Below, one piece after another: positions 21,126-33,785 of a stretch of 64,000 nt of DNA (its first letter is position 1; each line of letters starts with the position of its first letter). A program made the translations under genes and the position numbers. A model generated the notes under the pieces. That model did no database searches. It saw only the letters and a list, made by a program, of their open reading frames with translations, and was not told where the DNA came from. The stretch covers positions 1,440,001-1,504,000 of the forward strand of contig CAVPCR010000001.1 of assembly GCA_963702435.1 (NCBI GenBank). The letters run 5' to 3'. Source of the DNA: Candidatus Eiseniibacteriota bacterium (GTDB lineage: Bacteria > Eisenbacteria > RBG-16-71-46 > CAVPCR01).

Positions 21126-21159
21126 GAAGGGGGCAGGCCCACGGGCGCCTGCCCCCTTC
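21126..21159. terminator. Hairpin at the distal boundary of the cassette array
   Basis: GAAGGGGGCAGG/CCTGCCCCCTTC perfect 12-bp stem between the lipoprotein gene and the convergent array. Confidence 0.65.
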
Positions 21160-21207
21160 GTCGTTCACCGGCGCGACAACGAGCAACGAGCGCGCCGACC
21201 GCGGCTC

Positions 21208-21270
21208 GCCTAACAGGTCGCCGAGAAGCTGCGGGCGCCGAAGGCGACCGTCAGCTTCATCGTGTTAGGA
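21208..21270 (-). other. attC site (last in array)
   Basis: + strand GCCTAAC...AAGCTG..CAGCTT...GTTAGGA; similar to the attC at 31380. Confidence 0.75.
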
Positions 21271-21276
21271 AGGCCC

Positions 21277-21588
21277 TCACGACGCAAGGTCGTCGTGGTC
21301 CGACTGCATGCCATCGCGGCGCCACACGTCGAAGCTCGAGAAGAGAGTCGCAATCGGCCATGGGGCTCTCTCCGGAGGGTCTTGCGTCCACGTGAGGTGA
21401 ACGTCGACGACACGGCCCGTGCCATCTTCGATCGCGAACAGGACATCGTCGCAGTCGTCGCGGCGTGCGAGCGCTCGCACGGGGAGTCCGTGTAGCTCAT
21501 GGTCGGGACCGACCTCGCGACGCAGTACGCGCTCAAGTCCGGTCGCCTCCTCACCCGCAACCGGCCGCCACGGCTCGAGCCACTCCAT
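21277..21588 (-). CDS. Cassette ORF, hypothetical 103 aa
   Basis: AAGGAG SD; stop 6 nt before the attC. Confidence 0.75.
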   Translation of the reverse strand: MEWLEPWRPVAGEEATGLERVLRREVGPDHELHGLPVRALARRDDCDDVLFAIEDGTGRVVDVHLTWTQDPPERAPWPIATLFSSFDVWRRDGMQSDHDDLAS

Positions 21589-21599
21589 GACCGGTCTCT

Positions 21600-21693
21600 C
21601 CTTGACGCGAGCCTCAGCCGCCGCGGGCGTTCACTGCGGCCTCGCGCACATCCGGCGCCACGCCGCCCGCGCGCAGAGCGCTGCAGTTGAGGC
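21600..21693 (-). other. Degenerate attC (same family as the attC at 40587)
   Basis: GCCTCAGCCGCCGCGGGCGTTCACTGCGGCC matches the 40587 site; core sites eroded. Confidence 0.5.
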
Positions 21694-21751
21694 GGCGCAC
21701 GAAATCCCCACGGGACCCTACCGCGGACAGGCGGCGCCGTAGATTGGCGAT

Positions 21752-22846
21752 TCACCGCGGTAGCCGCACCAGCGCGTCGCCGAGTCCCGTGAGATAGACC
21801 GGACCACCCGCCGGGCTGACGATCAACCCCGTGACGATGCCTGGTAGTGGGGCCCAAAGGTCCGGCGTGAGCAACTCCATGCGGGAGGTGCCTTCCTCGC
21901 CGAGACGATTGAACTCCGTGATCTGCGCCTGCTGCGCGGGAGTCTGCAGCTGAAACGCGGTGTGGCGTTCGCCGGTCGCCGTATTCACCATCACCACGGC
22001 ATTGTCGAGCGGCGACGCCACCCAGAGGTATCCCTCTCCGTCCAGCTCGAGGTTGTCGCCGGCGATCTCAGCGAATACCGAGCGCTCGCTCACCTGTCCC
22101 GAGGTAAGGTCGACGCGGTAGCGCAGCACGCGACCACCCGTCGTTTCGGCGACGTACAGAAGCCCCGCCTGCTCGTCGATCGCCAGGCCGTTCGCATAGA
22201 GGAGCGAGTCGACGACGACCGCCGCCGTCGCTGCCGGCTTGCCAGCCTGGGATGCGAGGCGCAGCACCGCCCCGTCGGAGATGGGAACATCCACCGCCGC
22301 CCACATGCGCGCCTCGCCCTCCTCGGGGGAATTGGCCGTGCTTTGGGTGAACCAGATCGAACCCCGCGAATCGCGCAAGGCGGTGTTGACGCCATAGTGG
22401 TGCTGGTAGATCCGCTCGGTCGCGCCGCTTTCCACATCCACGCGGTAGATCCCGCCGTGGTGAATGTCCGCCAGGAGCAGGTGCGTCCCGTCCGGCTCGA
22501 GCGAGATGCCATTTGCACCGCCGTTGCGGTCCGGTGGAGCATGCACATACCCCGCTCCAGCCAGGTCGCCGAAAGGAGTGCTGCTGCCGTCCGTCTCCAC
22601 CAGGCGCAGACCATGCGCCTGGTCGCTGACGATCAACCGGCCGTCTGGCAACGCAATGCCGTCTTCCGGGCGCAGGAGCGACCGGTCGGCCGGGAAGATC
22701 ATGTCTTGGGTGAACGACCAACGAGGCAACTCTTCAGTGGCCTTGTTAGTTGCTCGGGCGGGATCCCGCCCTGCTTCCGAGCAGGCTGCCACGGTCGCGG
22801 CAGCAGTGAGCGCAAGTAATGAGTTCAGGCGACGAGTCAGGATCAT
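21752..22846 (-). CDS. Cassette ORF, SMP-30/gluconolactonase beta-propeller lipoprotein
   Basis: VAAC lipobox; PEDG, ANGISL, ANGLAID..LYVAET, GDNLELD.EG.LWVA repeats. Confidence 0.85.
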   Translation of the reverse strand: MILTRRLNSLLALTAAATVAACSEAGRDPARATNKATEELPRWSFTQDMIFPADRSLLRPEDGIALPDGRLIVSDQAHGLRLVETDGSSTPFGDLAGAGYVHAPPDRNGGANGISLEPDGTHLLLADIHHGGIYRVDVESGATERIYQHHYGVNTALRDSRGSIWFTQSTANSPEEGEARMWAAVDVPISDGAVLRLASQAGKPAATAAVVVDSLLYANGLAIDEQAGLLYVAETTGGRVLRYRVDLTSGQVSERSVFAEIAGDNLELDGEGYLWVASPLDNAVVMVNTATGERHTAFQLQTPAQQAQITEFNRLGEEGTSRMELLTPDLWAPLPGIVTGLIVSPAGGPVYLTGLGDALVRLPR

Positions 22847-22942
22847 GATAGTTCCCTTCGGCGGTCGAATGGCCTTCGGCAGCGCGGGATGCCCGAGCCG
22901 GTTTGCCAGATAGACACCGTTACAGCGCCTTGTGCTGAGCCA

Positions 22943-23016
22943 ATCGAACGCCTGGCTTCAGCCGCGGCGGCGCTGGCTATTCCTCCCGCCCCGTCGGCTG
23001 CAAGCCGAGGTTGGAT
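22943..23016 (-). other. attC site
   Basis: ATCGAAC...CTTCAGCCG..CGGCTGCAAG...GTTGGAT. Confidence 0.85.
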
Positions 23017-23105
23017 CGCCTGGCAATTGCCTTACCACTTGGCCTCTCCGGCGCGTATGACACCATCCTCACGAGAAAGCCTGCCCGGCGGCCCCGCGCG
23101 GCCAA

Positions 23106-24446
23106 TCACCCCTCGACGCCGGTCCTCGAGATCCGTCCCGCAAAGCTCCCGAGGGTCGCTGGCAGGAGCGTCACGTACGACGCAATCAGCAGGAGCAGGT
23201 CCGCCCAGAAGAGGAACGCAAGGTAGCCATAGCGCACGAAGTCGCCGACGAGATTGTAGAAGACGATGTTCGAAAAGAGGATAGACAGAAGAAGAGCGGA
23301 CGTCACGGCATTGCGCGCGTTGAGAGTCCGCGCGCGTCCCGCGCTTGCCTGGGAACGCTTCACCCCTGTATTCGTCCCGGGAGCTGCCCCCTCTCCCTCC
23401 AGGAGCCGCCAAGCGAATAGGGCCTGGCAGAAGGGGAGAAAGACGAAGTCGTGTGGCCATGACGTCTTCAGAATGAAGGGGATCGTCAGGCAGACGAGCT
23501 GGAAGCTCCACAGATCGGCATGGCGCAGACGCGCGCGCTGAACCAGAAGGAGAAGTCCCATGTTGACAGCCGCAACGCCGATCGCGATCCAGTGCAAGAG
23601 TGAAGGATGGGCATGTGCCCCGACGCCCATCCCGCCAGCCATACGAAGTAAGACGTGGGGGAAAAACTGCGAGTGCGGATTGGCGTCAACCCAGCCCGAA
23701 TCGCGGAACGCCTCGAAGAGGGCGCCGTAGAAGCGCAGCGTCTCATTGCCCCCCAGTAGAAGACCGGGCACCACGAAAAGGAACGCCCCGCACGCGGCGG
23801 CCGCTACGAAAAGGAATCGAATGTTGCGGCGGGCGGCGAACGGTGCGAGAAACACAATCGGATAGAACTTGAAGCTCACCGCAAAGGCGAGGAGACCGGC
23901 GGCGGTGGCGTGGCGGCCGCGCTCGTAGAGAACGAGCATGCCCAGGAGGGCCACCACGATGAAGACGCCCACCTGACCTCCCATCAGATTGAACAGGACA
24001 GGATATGACGTGACAGTGAGGGCGGCGAAAAGCAGCTGAATCGGCAGCCCTCCTGCAACGAGCCGGCGGAAGAGATGAACGTAGAGAGAAACGAAGAGCA
24101 CCTGCAGGATGCCCCAGAGAACGAGCGACGTGTTGAGTTCCAGCGAGGAAAGCACGGCGAGCAATATGGCGATGAAAGCGGAGTAGAGAAATCCGTCAAC
24201 GGGGAGACCGCTTCGGAATACCGCCTCTCCCATGGGATAGTAATAATCGACGAAGTCACAGAAGGGGATCGGGCAGATTCCCCTCACGCCGGAGAAGCTC
24301 TGCCAGGTTCGGGCGTAATAGGCGAAGGCAAGGGCCATCAGGCCGGCGGCGGCGACCACTGGAAGCGTGACGCGCGCGCGGGCTGGAGCGGGGCGATCGG
24401 TGGCCTCAGGGGTCTGGGCGTGGCGGGCGCGGCGCTTCGTCGGCAC
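23106..24446 (-). CDS. Cassette ORF, GT87/DUF2029-like membrane glycosyltransferase
   Basis: Polytopic; [23 protein letters not shown] motifs. Confidence 0.75.
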   Translation of the reverse strand: MPTKRRARHAQTPEATDRPAPARARVTLPVVAAAGLMALAFAYYARTWQSFSGVRGICPIPFCDFVDYYYPMGEAVFRSGLPVDGFLYSAFIAILLAVLSSLELNTSLVLWGILQVLFVSLYVHLFRRLVAGGLPIQLLFAALTVTSYPVLFNLMGGQVGVFIVVALLGMLVLYERGRHATAAGLLAFAVSFKFYPIVFLAPFAARRNIRFLFVAAAACGAFLFVVPGLLLGGNETLRFYGALFEAFRDSGWVDANPHSQFFPHVLLRMAGGMGVGAHAHPSLLHWIAIGVAAVNMGLLLLVQRARLRHADLWSFQLVCLTIPFILKTSWPHDFVFLPFCQALFAWRLLEGEGAAPGTNTGVKRSQASAGRARTLNARNAVTSALLLSILFSNIVFYNLVGDFVRYGYLAFLFWADLLLLIASYVTLLPATLGSFAGRISRTGVEG

Positions 24447-24499
24447 GGCATCTCCACCTAGTTGCGTCTTCTCGCTTTCCGCGGCGAGTGTCTTGGGCG

Positions 24500-24559
24500 G
24501 TCCAACGCTCCAGTTCAGCGGCGGCGCGAAGCGCCAGCCGCTGCAACCGGTTGTTAGCT
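24500..24559 (-). other. attC site (of the katG cassette)
   Basis: GTCCAAC...GTTCAGCGG..CCGCTGCAAC...GTTAGCT, 60 bp. Confidence 0.9.
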
Positions 24560-24607
24560 GACCGCTGTTGCCTCGCTGTGGAGCCGTCGAAGACGTTCAT
24601 GGCACGA

Positions 24608-26848
<2,241 letters not shown>

Positions 26849-26930
26849 CTAAGACCCGCTCGACACTCGCGCTTGCCTTGGAGCGACTCGCAAGCCAATT
26901 CGATGAGTGAACGAACTGTGATCACCAGGC

Positions 26931-26990
26931 AATCGCATATAGCATGCAGCGGCGGCGCGCAGCGCCGACCGCTGCATGCTGCTGTTAGAC
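26931..26990 (-). other. attC site with eroded R' core
   Basis: AGCATGCAGCGG..CCGCTGCATGCT stem and GTTAGAC present; no AAC on the left side. Confidence 0.65.
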
Positions 26991-27131
26991 AGCATTACGA
27001 GTCTTCAAAGTAGTCACCATCCATGGACTTGACCGTGTATGTGCTGCGCGGCGACACTCCTACGTTGTACTCGAACATAAGGCGCTGTTGCGCGACACAG
27101 CCGTTGACGATCCGGCTGATGCGCCAACGCA

Positions 27132-27878
27132 TCACCGCGGCATCAGCGCGAACACACCCCAGCCCAGGTATTCACGCGTGTAAGCGGCGTAGCGCTCGGG
27201 TTCCGAGGTCAGTTTGGTTCGAACATCTTTCGCGAGCTCGTCGTCGGGATTGGCTTCAAGCCATCGGCGCATAGTGAGCCACTTGGCTGCCTCGTATCTG
27301 TCCCAGTCGTCTTGGTCAGCCAGAACCATTTCAACGACGTCGTAGCCAAGTTGGCCGAAAGACGCGAGAAGTTCTGGAAGCATGAGAAAGTCGGAGATTG
27401 AGTTGGCAAGACACCCCTTGGCAACATCTTCCGTCGGCGGTAACTGCCGCCAGCAGGGCTCGCCGATGAGGATGATCCCTCCTGTGCGAAGGCTCCGCGC
27501 CAGAAGCTCGATAGTGCCGGCGACTCCCCCGGCGATCCAAGTGGCACCGACACAGGCTGCCACACTGACTTTCTCGTCAGAGACATAGCCGGCAGCGTCG
27601 CCATGGATGAACTTGACTTGACGGGCGACGCCGAGTTCTTCAGCACGAAGTTTCGCTTGCTCAGTGAACAACGGGCTCATGTCGATGCCGATGCCGATGA
27701 TGCCGTGATCGCGTGCCCAGGTACACAGCATCTCTCCCGATCCACTGCCGAGGTCGAGCACTCGGGCGCCCGATTCCAGACGCAGCGCCGCGCCGAGAGT
27801 GGCGAGCTTTTCGGCCGTGATCGGGTTGTGGATGCGGTGAGCACTCTCAGTGATGCTGAATATCCGTGGGATGTCCAT
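27132..27878 (-). CDS. Cassette ORF, class I SAM-dependent methyltransferase (YjhP-like)
   Basis: MDIPRIFSITESAHRIHNP start, VLDLGSGSGE motif I, REYLGWGVF end. Confidence 0.88.
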   Translation of the reverse strand: MDIPRIFSITESAHRIHNPITAEKLATLGAALRLESGARVLDLGSGSGEMLCTWARDHGIIGIGIDMSPLFTEQAKLRAEELGVARQVKFIHGDAAGYVSDEKVSVAACVGATWIAGGVAGTIELLARSLRTGGIILIGEPCWRQLPPTEDVAKGCLANSISDFLMLPELLASFGQLGYDVVEMVLADQDDWDRYEAAKWLTMRRWLEANPDDELAKDVRTKLTSEPERYAAYTREYLGWGVFALMPR

Positions 27879-27911
27879 TGTGGAAGAGTTCCTTACGGGT
27901 GTGAATAGATT

Positions 27912-29227
27912 GGTTCTTCCGGGTTTTCCGTGGGTGAGGGCTGAGGTGTAGGCTCCGACCCGAAGGAGGGTCAGAGCCGTGCGTGACACCGAACTTTACC
28001 GGTACCTGTTGGGTCTTGAGTCGCCTTGGTCGGTCAGTCGGGTCGAGTTGAATCTCGAGCAGCAGCGGGTGGATGCGTGGACGGAGCATCCGCAGGGCCA
28101 GCGCTGGCCGTGCCCCGAGTGTGGTCAGGAGCTGGCGCTCTACGATCACAGCGAGGAGCGAGTGTGGCGGCACCTGGACAGCTGTCAGTTCAAGACCTTC
28201 CTCCACGCGCGGCCGCCGCGGGTGAACTGCTCCACGCATGGTGTGCGGCAAGTGCGACTGCCGTGGGCGGAGCCCCACGCACGCTTCACCGCCCTGTTCG
28301 AGCGCCTGGCGATCGACGTGCTGCGGGAGACGGACATCAGCGGGGCCACCGCGATCCTGCGCATCAGCTGGGACGAGGCCTGGCACCTGATGGAACGGGC
28401 GGTGGCTCGTGGCCAGCTGGCGAAGGGGGAGCGGATCGGCCCGCTGATCGGTGTAGATGAGGACGCGGTGGCCAAGGGGCAGAAGTACATGACGCTGGTG
28501 TACGACCTGAAGGAGGCGACCGTCGAGCACATCGCGGATGGCCGCAGTCAGGAGAGCCTGGACGGCTACTTCCGCGGCCTGACGCCGGCCCAGCGGGCGG
28601 GGATCGAGGCGATCGCCCTCGACATGTGGGACCCCTTCGCCCGTTCGATCCTCGAACACGTGCCCGATGCCGAGGACAAGATGGTCTTCGACCGGTTCCA
28701 CATCATGGCGCATATAGGGAAGGCAGTGGACGCGGTCCGCAAGCGGGAGCACCGCGCGCTGACCGCGGTCGGCGACGAGACCCTGAAGGGGAGCAAGTAC
28801 CTCTGGCTGTACGGGTTCGAGAACCTGCCCGAGAAGCACCGAGCCCGGTTCGCGGCGCTGCGGGACGCCGAGCTCAAGACGGGTCGGGCATGGGCGATCA
28901 AGGAGAGTCTGCGGGCGCTGTGGGACTACCGCAGCTACGCCTGGGCCAAGAAGCACTGGCAGGCCTGGTACTTCTGGGCGACCCACTCGCGCCTGGAGCC
29001 GATCATCGCGGTGGCCCGCCTGATCAAGCGCCATCTCCTCAACGTGCTCGCCTACTTCGATCATCCGATCACCAACGCCGTGGCGGAGGGCATCAACTCA
29101 AAGATCCGAGACGATCAAGAAGGCTGCCTACGGCTTCCGCAACCCGGAGCACTTCAAGACCGCCGTCTTCTTCCACTGCGGTGGCCTCAACCTCTACCCG
29201 GCTACCCACGGAAATCCCGGATGAACC
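27912..29227 (+). mobile_element. ISL3 family insertion sequence, 1316 bp
   Basis: 24-bp terminal IRs GGTTCTTCCGGGTTTTCCGTGGGT / GGTTCATCCGGGATTTCCGTGGGT; 8-bp target duplication AATAGATT (27904-27911, 29228-29235). Confidence 0.95.
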
Positions 29228-29232
29228 AATAG
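27979..29232 (+). CDS. ISL3 transposase; +1 frameshift at ~29107 displaces the C-terminal YGFRN motif
   Basis: CPECG zinc finger, IGVDE, LDMW, FDRFH, TNAVAEGINSKI; ETIKKAAYGFRNPEHF continues in another frame. Confidence 0.9.
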   Translation: MRDTELYRYLLGLESPWSVSRVELNLEQQRVDAWTEHPQGQRWPCPECGQELALYDHSEERVWRHLDSCQFKTFLHARPPRVNCSTHGVRQVRLPWAEPHARFTALFERLAIDVLRETDISGATAILRISWDEAWHLMERAVARGQLAKGERIGPLIGVDEDAVAKGQKYMTLVYDLKEATVEHIADGRSQESLDGYFRGLTPAQRAGIEAIALDMWDPFARSILEHVPDAEDKMVFDRFHIMAHIGKAVDAVRKREHRALTAVGDETLKGSKYLWLYGFENLPEKHRARFAALRDAELKTGRAWAIKESLRALWDYRSYAWAKKHWQAWYFWATHSRLEPIIAVARLIKRHLLNVLAYFDHPITNAVAEGINSKIRDDQEGCLRLPQPGALQDRRLLPLRWPQPLPGYPRKSRMNQ

Positions 29233-29243
29233 ATTCGGTCAGG

Positions 29244-29375
29244 GCCTAACGCTAGTGCTCACCTGCGGGCGCTGACCGGCGCGGCCCTGGCAACGGTAGG
29301 AGTCGCGTCGGGCGCCCGCGACATCTCGCCAGGGCCGTGACGGGCGCGACCGTCAGGTGCAGCGCGTAGTTCGGT
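29244..29375 (-). other. attC site
   Basis: GCCTAAC...CTCACCTG..CAGGTGCAG...GTTCGGT, 132 bp. Confidence 0.9.
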
Positions 29376-29389
29376 GGCCCATCTGCTCA

Positions 29390-29695
29390 CTACTCGTAGT
29401 AGCGAATTGTGATGCTATCGATGTTCTCGCTCAGGTGCCGGTTGAGATACCCTACGAATGCCTGCAGCAGCTGCCACTCCGACTCAGGTATCTTGGATTG
29501 AACTTGGGCGTTCAGGGTGCCGCCGCGGGACACGTCCCAAGTGATCCAGCCCGGGTACTTGGCGTGGACCCAGCGACGCTTCTTCCGTCGGATGAAGGTC
29601 GTGGAGCCACCTCTCAGCCGTCGTTCCGTGCCCTCGAGTAGCCTGCCAAGTGTGGGGCGACCCAGTTCCAGAGGTACGACCGTGATCATCTTCAT
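29390..29695 (-). CDS. Cassette ORF, hypothetical 101 aa
   Basis: GGAGGAG upstream; bounded by attC sites with matching ACCGAAC/GTTCGGT cores. Confidence 0.75.
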   Translation of the reverse strand: MKMITVVPLELGRPTLGRLLEGTERRLRGGSTTFIRRKKRRWVHAKYPGWITWDVSRGGTLNAQVQSKIPESEWQLLQAFVGYLNRHLSENIDSITIRYYE

Positions 29696-29798
29696 GAGCG
29701 AGTGGTCTCCTCCCTGTGTGGCATCTTGGCTATCCCCGAATACGATGCAGGGCTGCGCCCAGCCTCACCTTCATGCGGAACACCTCGCGGCTCAAGCT

Positions 29799-29862
29799 AC
29801 CGAACGCTCCGGTTCAGCGGCGGGCCGCGCAGCGGACCGTCCGCCGCAACCGGCTGTTCGGT
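29799..29862 (-). other. attC site
   Basis: ACCGAAC...GGTTCAGCGG..CCGCCGCAACC...GTTCGGT. Confidence 0.85.
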
Positions 29863-29979
29863 GGTCTCCTTGATTCGCGACCAGCATCCATCCGGTGCTC
29901 AGATGAGGTTACCGATCATGGTGATAACGCACGTCGGCAAGGCGGACCAACCGATAATAGTCCGCACACGACAGCGCAC

Positions 29980-30159
29980 TCAGCTCGACTTCCGCGAGCC
30001 GCGCATGAGTGCGTAGAACAGGGCTGGGACGCCGATCGCCAAAGCGATCTTGCCGTATGCGATCTGCCCTGTCCCTTGAAATTGCAGATACGCGTTCGTC
30101 AGTGCCAGCAGCGCACCGACCAGCGCGAGAGCCATCGCGATCCACCACCCCTTTCGCAT
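29980..30159 (-). CDS. Cassette ORF, 59-aa two-TM membrane protein (absent from the ORF track)
   Basis: AGGGGG SD; MRKGWWIAMALALVGALLALTNAYLQFQGTGQIAYGKIALAIGVPALFYALMRGSRKSS. Confidence 0.65.
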   Translation of the reverse strand: MRKGWWIAMALALVGALLALTNAYLQFQGTGQIAYGKIALAIGVPALFYALMRGSRKSS

Positions 30160-30282
30160 GGTTCCCCCCTATTCTCTTTCGTGACCCTGACTCCGTGGCC
30201 TGATCAAGTATCAAGCACTCGGCCGAACCCTTCGCCATTGGTGCTCTCGTGCCAGCCGCTCCAACCGATCTACCTCAGGTCT

Positions 30283-30314
30283 GCCGAACGTTCGAGCTAA
30301 GCGAGGGGTTAGGC
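30283..30314 (-). other. Internally deleted attC (32 bp)
   Basis: GCCGAAC and GTTAGGC cores only 18 nt apart; ORF stop lies inside the core. Confidence 0.55.
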
Positions 30315-30723
30315 AGCACTGGGCGCCGGCCGACGACTGAGGTGCTCATGAATGATTCGGAACTTGCCGCCGTCGTGCACGAGCACACGCGTACCCCGGC
30401 CTTGGATCTTGAACTCTCGATTGCCTTGGGAGCCTTCCCAGTTGTACGTGTAGATAGATTGCCGTCGCTGAGGCCATATCCGTTGTGAGGACCACGATGT
30501 CGGACAAGTAGAAACGAGCCTTCTTGACCGTGGGGTCACCCTTCCAGGTCTTCTCGAAGACCGCTCGAATGGCTGGGCGACCTACAAAGTCCCCGTCGTT
30601 GAAGCGGAAGTAGGCTCGTTCATCAATCATGTCTTCGAGTAGGCTGAAGTCCTCCTTCATGGCCACGTCCTCAAAGTGATTGAGGAACCGTATGACTGAC
30701 TCTCGGGCGGCAGTACTTTGCAT
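30309..30723 (-). pseudogene. SnoaL/NTF2-like protein, frameshifted by a 4-bp duplication at ~30455
   Basis: MQSTAARESV... continues as TYNWEG...IIHEHLS in another frame; ATCTATCT duplication at the shift. Confidence 0.7.
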
Positions 30724-30871
30724 TCGCAGCGACTCCTCAACAGTAGTGGTGCAGCCGGATGTGCCAAGGCCTGTTGCTGCCGCGACTGCGAAGAGGACTC
30801 TGCGGCGAGTGTTCAACGACTGGGCCTTGGGCGTGCAAGTCAGAGACGGCTCTTCTTGTGGTCGAAGGTCC

Positions 30872-31312
30872 TCACGTTGCCTTGTTCCGAACAAGGATTG
30901 CCTTCATGTCTTCGAAGCCAATCGGGACAGAGGTGTGTTCGTGGATGATTCGCGGGACATCGCCAGCCGTGCGGAGCACCCAGGTAGTTCGGTTCTGCAT
31001 GGCGCGAAGTTGGACGCCTTCCGCTGAGAGGGCGGCATACGTCACGATTGCATTCACGGAAGACAAATCCCTGCCGGAAAGAGACATCACGTCCTCAAAG
31101 CTCACCCGCACTCGCTCTGAGCCAAGCGAACCGAACCACCCTTCCACCGCACGCCGCCAAGGCTCTGCACCGTCATACAACCAGACGCCCCAGGCATCAA
31201 AGATCCGAACGTCCAGCGAGTACAGGCGCATGAAGCCGTCGACGTCTTTGGCGAAGACGGCAGCCTCATAGGCACCGAGGATCCGAGCGAGGTCTTTGTC
31301 GATGTCCTTCAT
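30872..31312 (-). CDS. Cassette ORF, SnoaL/NTF2-like (YybH-type) protein
   Basis: YEAAVFAKDVDGFM.LY..DV..FD and IIHEHTSVP motifs. Confidence 0.85.
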   Translation of the reverse strand: MKDIDKDLARILGAYEAAVFAKDVDGFMRLYSLDVRIFDAWGVWLYDGAEPWRRAVEGWFGSLGSERVRVSFEDVMSLSGRDLSSVNAIVTYAALSAEGVQLRAMQNRTTWVLRTAGDVPRIIHEHTSVPIGFEDMKAILVRNKAT

Positions 31313-31379
31313 TCTGTTCCGCCCTTCCTTGACCCGACCTGGATGATAGCCAGACGCGGCGCCTGGGGTGTGCTGTGCC

Positions 31380-31444
31380 GCCTGACGCTCGCGGATAAGC
31401 TGCGGGCGCCGAAGGCAACCGTCAGCTTCATCGGCTTGTTAGGC
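31380..31444 (-). other. attC site (R' core GTC instead of GTT)
   Basis: GCCTGAC...GATAAGCTG..CAGCTTCATC...GTTAGGC. Confidence 0.75.
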
Positions 31445-31886
31445 GGCGCCCACCGCGACGCTCAGCAATCAAAGACACTGCTACACCTGCAGCCAGAATC
31501 AGGAGCACTAATCCAAGCAATAACAAGTTGAAGCCGCTGCCGAGCATCTCCTTGAGCCACTTTGCTATCAGCATCTTCACGCCAACGACCATCAACACCA
31601 CTGCGAGTGCCACCTTGAGGTATCTGAACCTGTCGAGCATGCCTCCCAGCGCGAAATAGAGCGACCGGAGGCCGAGAATTGCGAACACGTTACTGGTAAA
31701 AACTAAAAACGGGTCAGCTGTGATAGCGAATATCGCCGGGATCGAGTCCACAGCGAAAATCAGGTCCGTAAACTCGACCATAATGAGGGCCAAGGCCAAG
31801 GGCGTGAGCATCCACGTGCCGGGCCGCCCTCCGTGCCAATATGAGTGAGACACCCAGCCTCCCCGAGTTTAGTGTAGAGGGCGACC

Positions 31887-32309
31887 ATGGAGTTCACGAT
31901 GACTTCCCAGTCTGGATTGATCCCGGTCGACAGAGAGGTCGAGGTGTCGGCAAAGGCAGAGCGGCGGCGATTCACCGCCGAGTACAAGCGGAAGATCCTC
32001 AAGGAAGCGGACGGGTGCTCGCGTCCAGGAGAACTGGGTGCGCTCTTGCGGCGCGAGGGCTTGTACTCCTCGCACCTGGTGACATGGCGCCGGGCTCGGG
32101 AGCAGGGTGGGTTGGCCGGGCTGTCGCCGAAGAAGCGCGGTCCCAGCGCCAAGGTTGCGGACCCACGAGACAAGCGGATCGTCGAGCTCGAGCGTGACAA
32201 TCGGCGTTTGCAGGCGCGGCTCGAGCGAGCCGAGGCGCTGATCGAGGTCCAAAAAAAAGTGGCCTTGCTCCTGGGGAGCGAGTCACCGTCGAACAACGAG
32301 GAACGCTGA
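31887..32309 (+). CDS. IS3 family transposase OrfA
   Basis: RRRFTAEYKRKIL HTH, LLRREGLYSSHL, coiled coil; A8G slippery site at 32251-32259. Confidence 0.85.
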   Translation: MEFTMTSQSGLIPVDREVEVSAKAERRRFTAEYKRKILKEADGCSRPGELGALLRREGLYSSHLVTWRRAREQGGLAGLSPKKRGPSAKVADPRDKRIVELERDNRRLQARLERAEALIEVQKKVALLLGSESPSNNEER

Positions 32310-33083
32310 TGCAGACCGTCACGGACCTGGGTCCTCGGCTGGGGATTGCGCCGACTTGCGGGGCGCTGGGGCTGTCGCGGGCGAGCTACTACCGCAGCCT
32401 GCAACCGAAGCCCGAACCGCGTCCGCGATCGTCGCCGCGATCCCTGTCGACCGAGGAACGCCAGGCGGTGATCCAGGTTCTGCATGAGCGACGCTTCGTC
32501 GATCTCGCCCCGGCCGAGGTCTACGCCGCCCTCCTCGATGAGGAGCGTTACCTCTGCTCGGCGCGGACGATGTACCGCATCTTGGATGCGAACCAGGAGG
32601 TCCGGGAGCGACGCAATCAGCTTCGCCACCCGCACTACGCTGCGCCGGAACTCTTGGCCAGTCGTCCCAACGAGGTCTGGAGCTGGGACATCACCAAGCT
32701 CCGTGGTCCCGTGAAGTGGACGTACTACTACCTCTACGTGATCCTCGACATCTTCAGCCGCTTCGTCACCGGCTGGATGGTGGCGGATCGGGAATCGGGG
32801 GTGCTCGCCGAGCGGCTCATCGCCGAGACCTGCCGCCGGCAACGCATCGCGCCGGGTCAGCTCACCATCCATGCCGATCGTGGTGGCTCGATGCGGTCGA
32901 AGCCGGTGGCGCTGCTGTCAGCGTAAGCAAGAAAGTTGATGGTCGGGGACGGCGTTTCGGATCACGATCACTGATGGAATCGTCCGAGGCGCCATCAGGG
33001 AGTGCAAGCAGAACCCCCTCAAGGAGCTTGATTCAAGCGCCCCGAGGGGGTTTCCTCCTTCAGTCCAGCAAAGACGAAGGAGG

Positions 33084-33728
33084 ATGGGATTGTACCAGGA
33101 TCTGCTCAGGGACGAGCGGCTCTACGAGGTCCTTTTTCAGTACGATCAGGATCTCGCCCGGGCGGCCCGCCGCGGGGGGTGCGGGTGGTGCGGCGGGAGG
33201 GTCGACCAGGCGAACTACCCCCGTAAGCCGCGGGGTCTTCCAGAGCGGTTGGCGGTCCGGTATGACCTCCGACTGAGCTTGTGCTGCGCCGTGGAGGGGT
33301 GCCGGCGGCGGCTGACGCCACCTTCGGTACGCTTCTTGGGCCGGCGGGTTTACTCCGCGGCGGTGGTCGTCCTGGCGGCGATGCGAGGGCGGGGGCGCGC
33401 TCAACGGCAGCTTCGGCAATGGCTGGGGGTGAGCTCCCGGACCCTGGCCCGGTGGCGCCGGTGGTGGCGCACCACCTTCGCGCGTAGCCGGTTCTGGAGC
33501 GTGGCCCGCGGCCGGTTCACCGGACGCCTGCTCGCGATGGATCTACCCCGCGTGCTCCTCGGTCGCTTCCCTGGCGATGACCGTTCCCGGCTGATCGCCC
33601 TCCTGCGATTCCTCTCCCCGATCACCACCGCGTCGGCGCCGGAATGCGCAAGCTATGTGCGGCGCCGGGTGACCCCGCGGGCCACCCGCAGAAGACGCGC
33701 GGTGCGGGCCGAGGGTGACCGCGATTAG
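33084..33728 (+). CDS. Cys-rich zinc-finger/HTH accessory protein of the element
   Basis: CGWCGG...ANYPRKPRG...SLCC...GCRRRLTPPSVRFLGRRVY; GVSSRTLARWRRWW HTH. Confidence 0.7.
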   Translation: MGLYQDLLRDERLYEVLFQYDQDLARAARRGGCGWCGGRVDQANYPRKPRGLPERLAVRYDLRLSLCCAVEGCRRRLTPPSVRFLGRRVYSAAVVVLAAMRGRGRAQRQLRQWLGVSSRTLARWRRWWRTTFARSRFWSVARGRFTGRLLAMDLPRVLLGRFPGDDRSRLIALLRFLSPITTASAPECASYVRRRVTPRATRRRRAVRAEGDRD

Positions 33729-33785
33729 CGTCCGCTCCCACATCACGGCGGCCAGGCTCGGCCGCCCGAAAGGGAGGCGAACGCG

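Noticed and set aside
30735..30850. Possible degenerate attC between the two SnoaL-like genes
   Set aside because: Only CCTCAAC and a CCAAGGCC/GGCCTTGG stem remain, with no GTT core on the other side; too weak to call.
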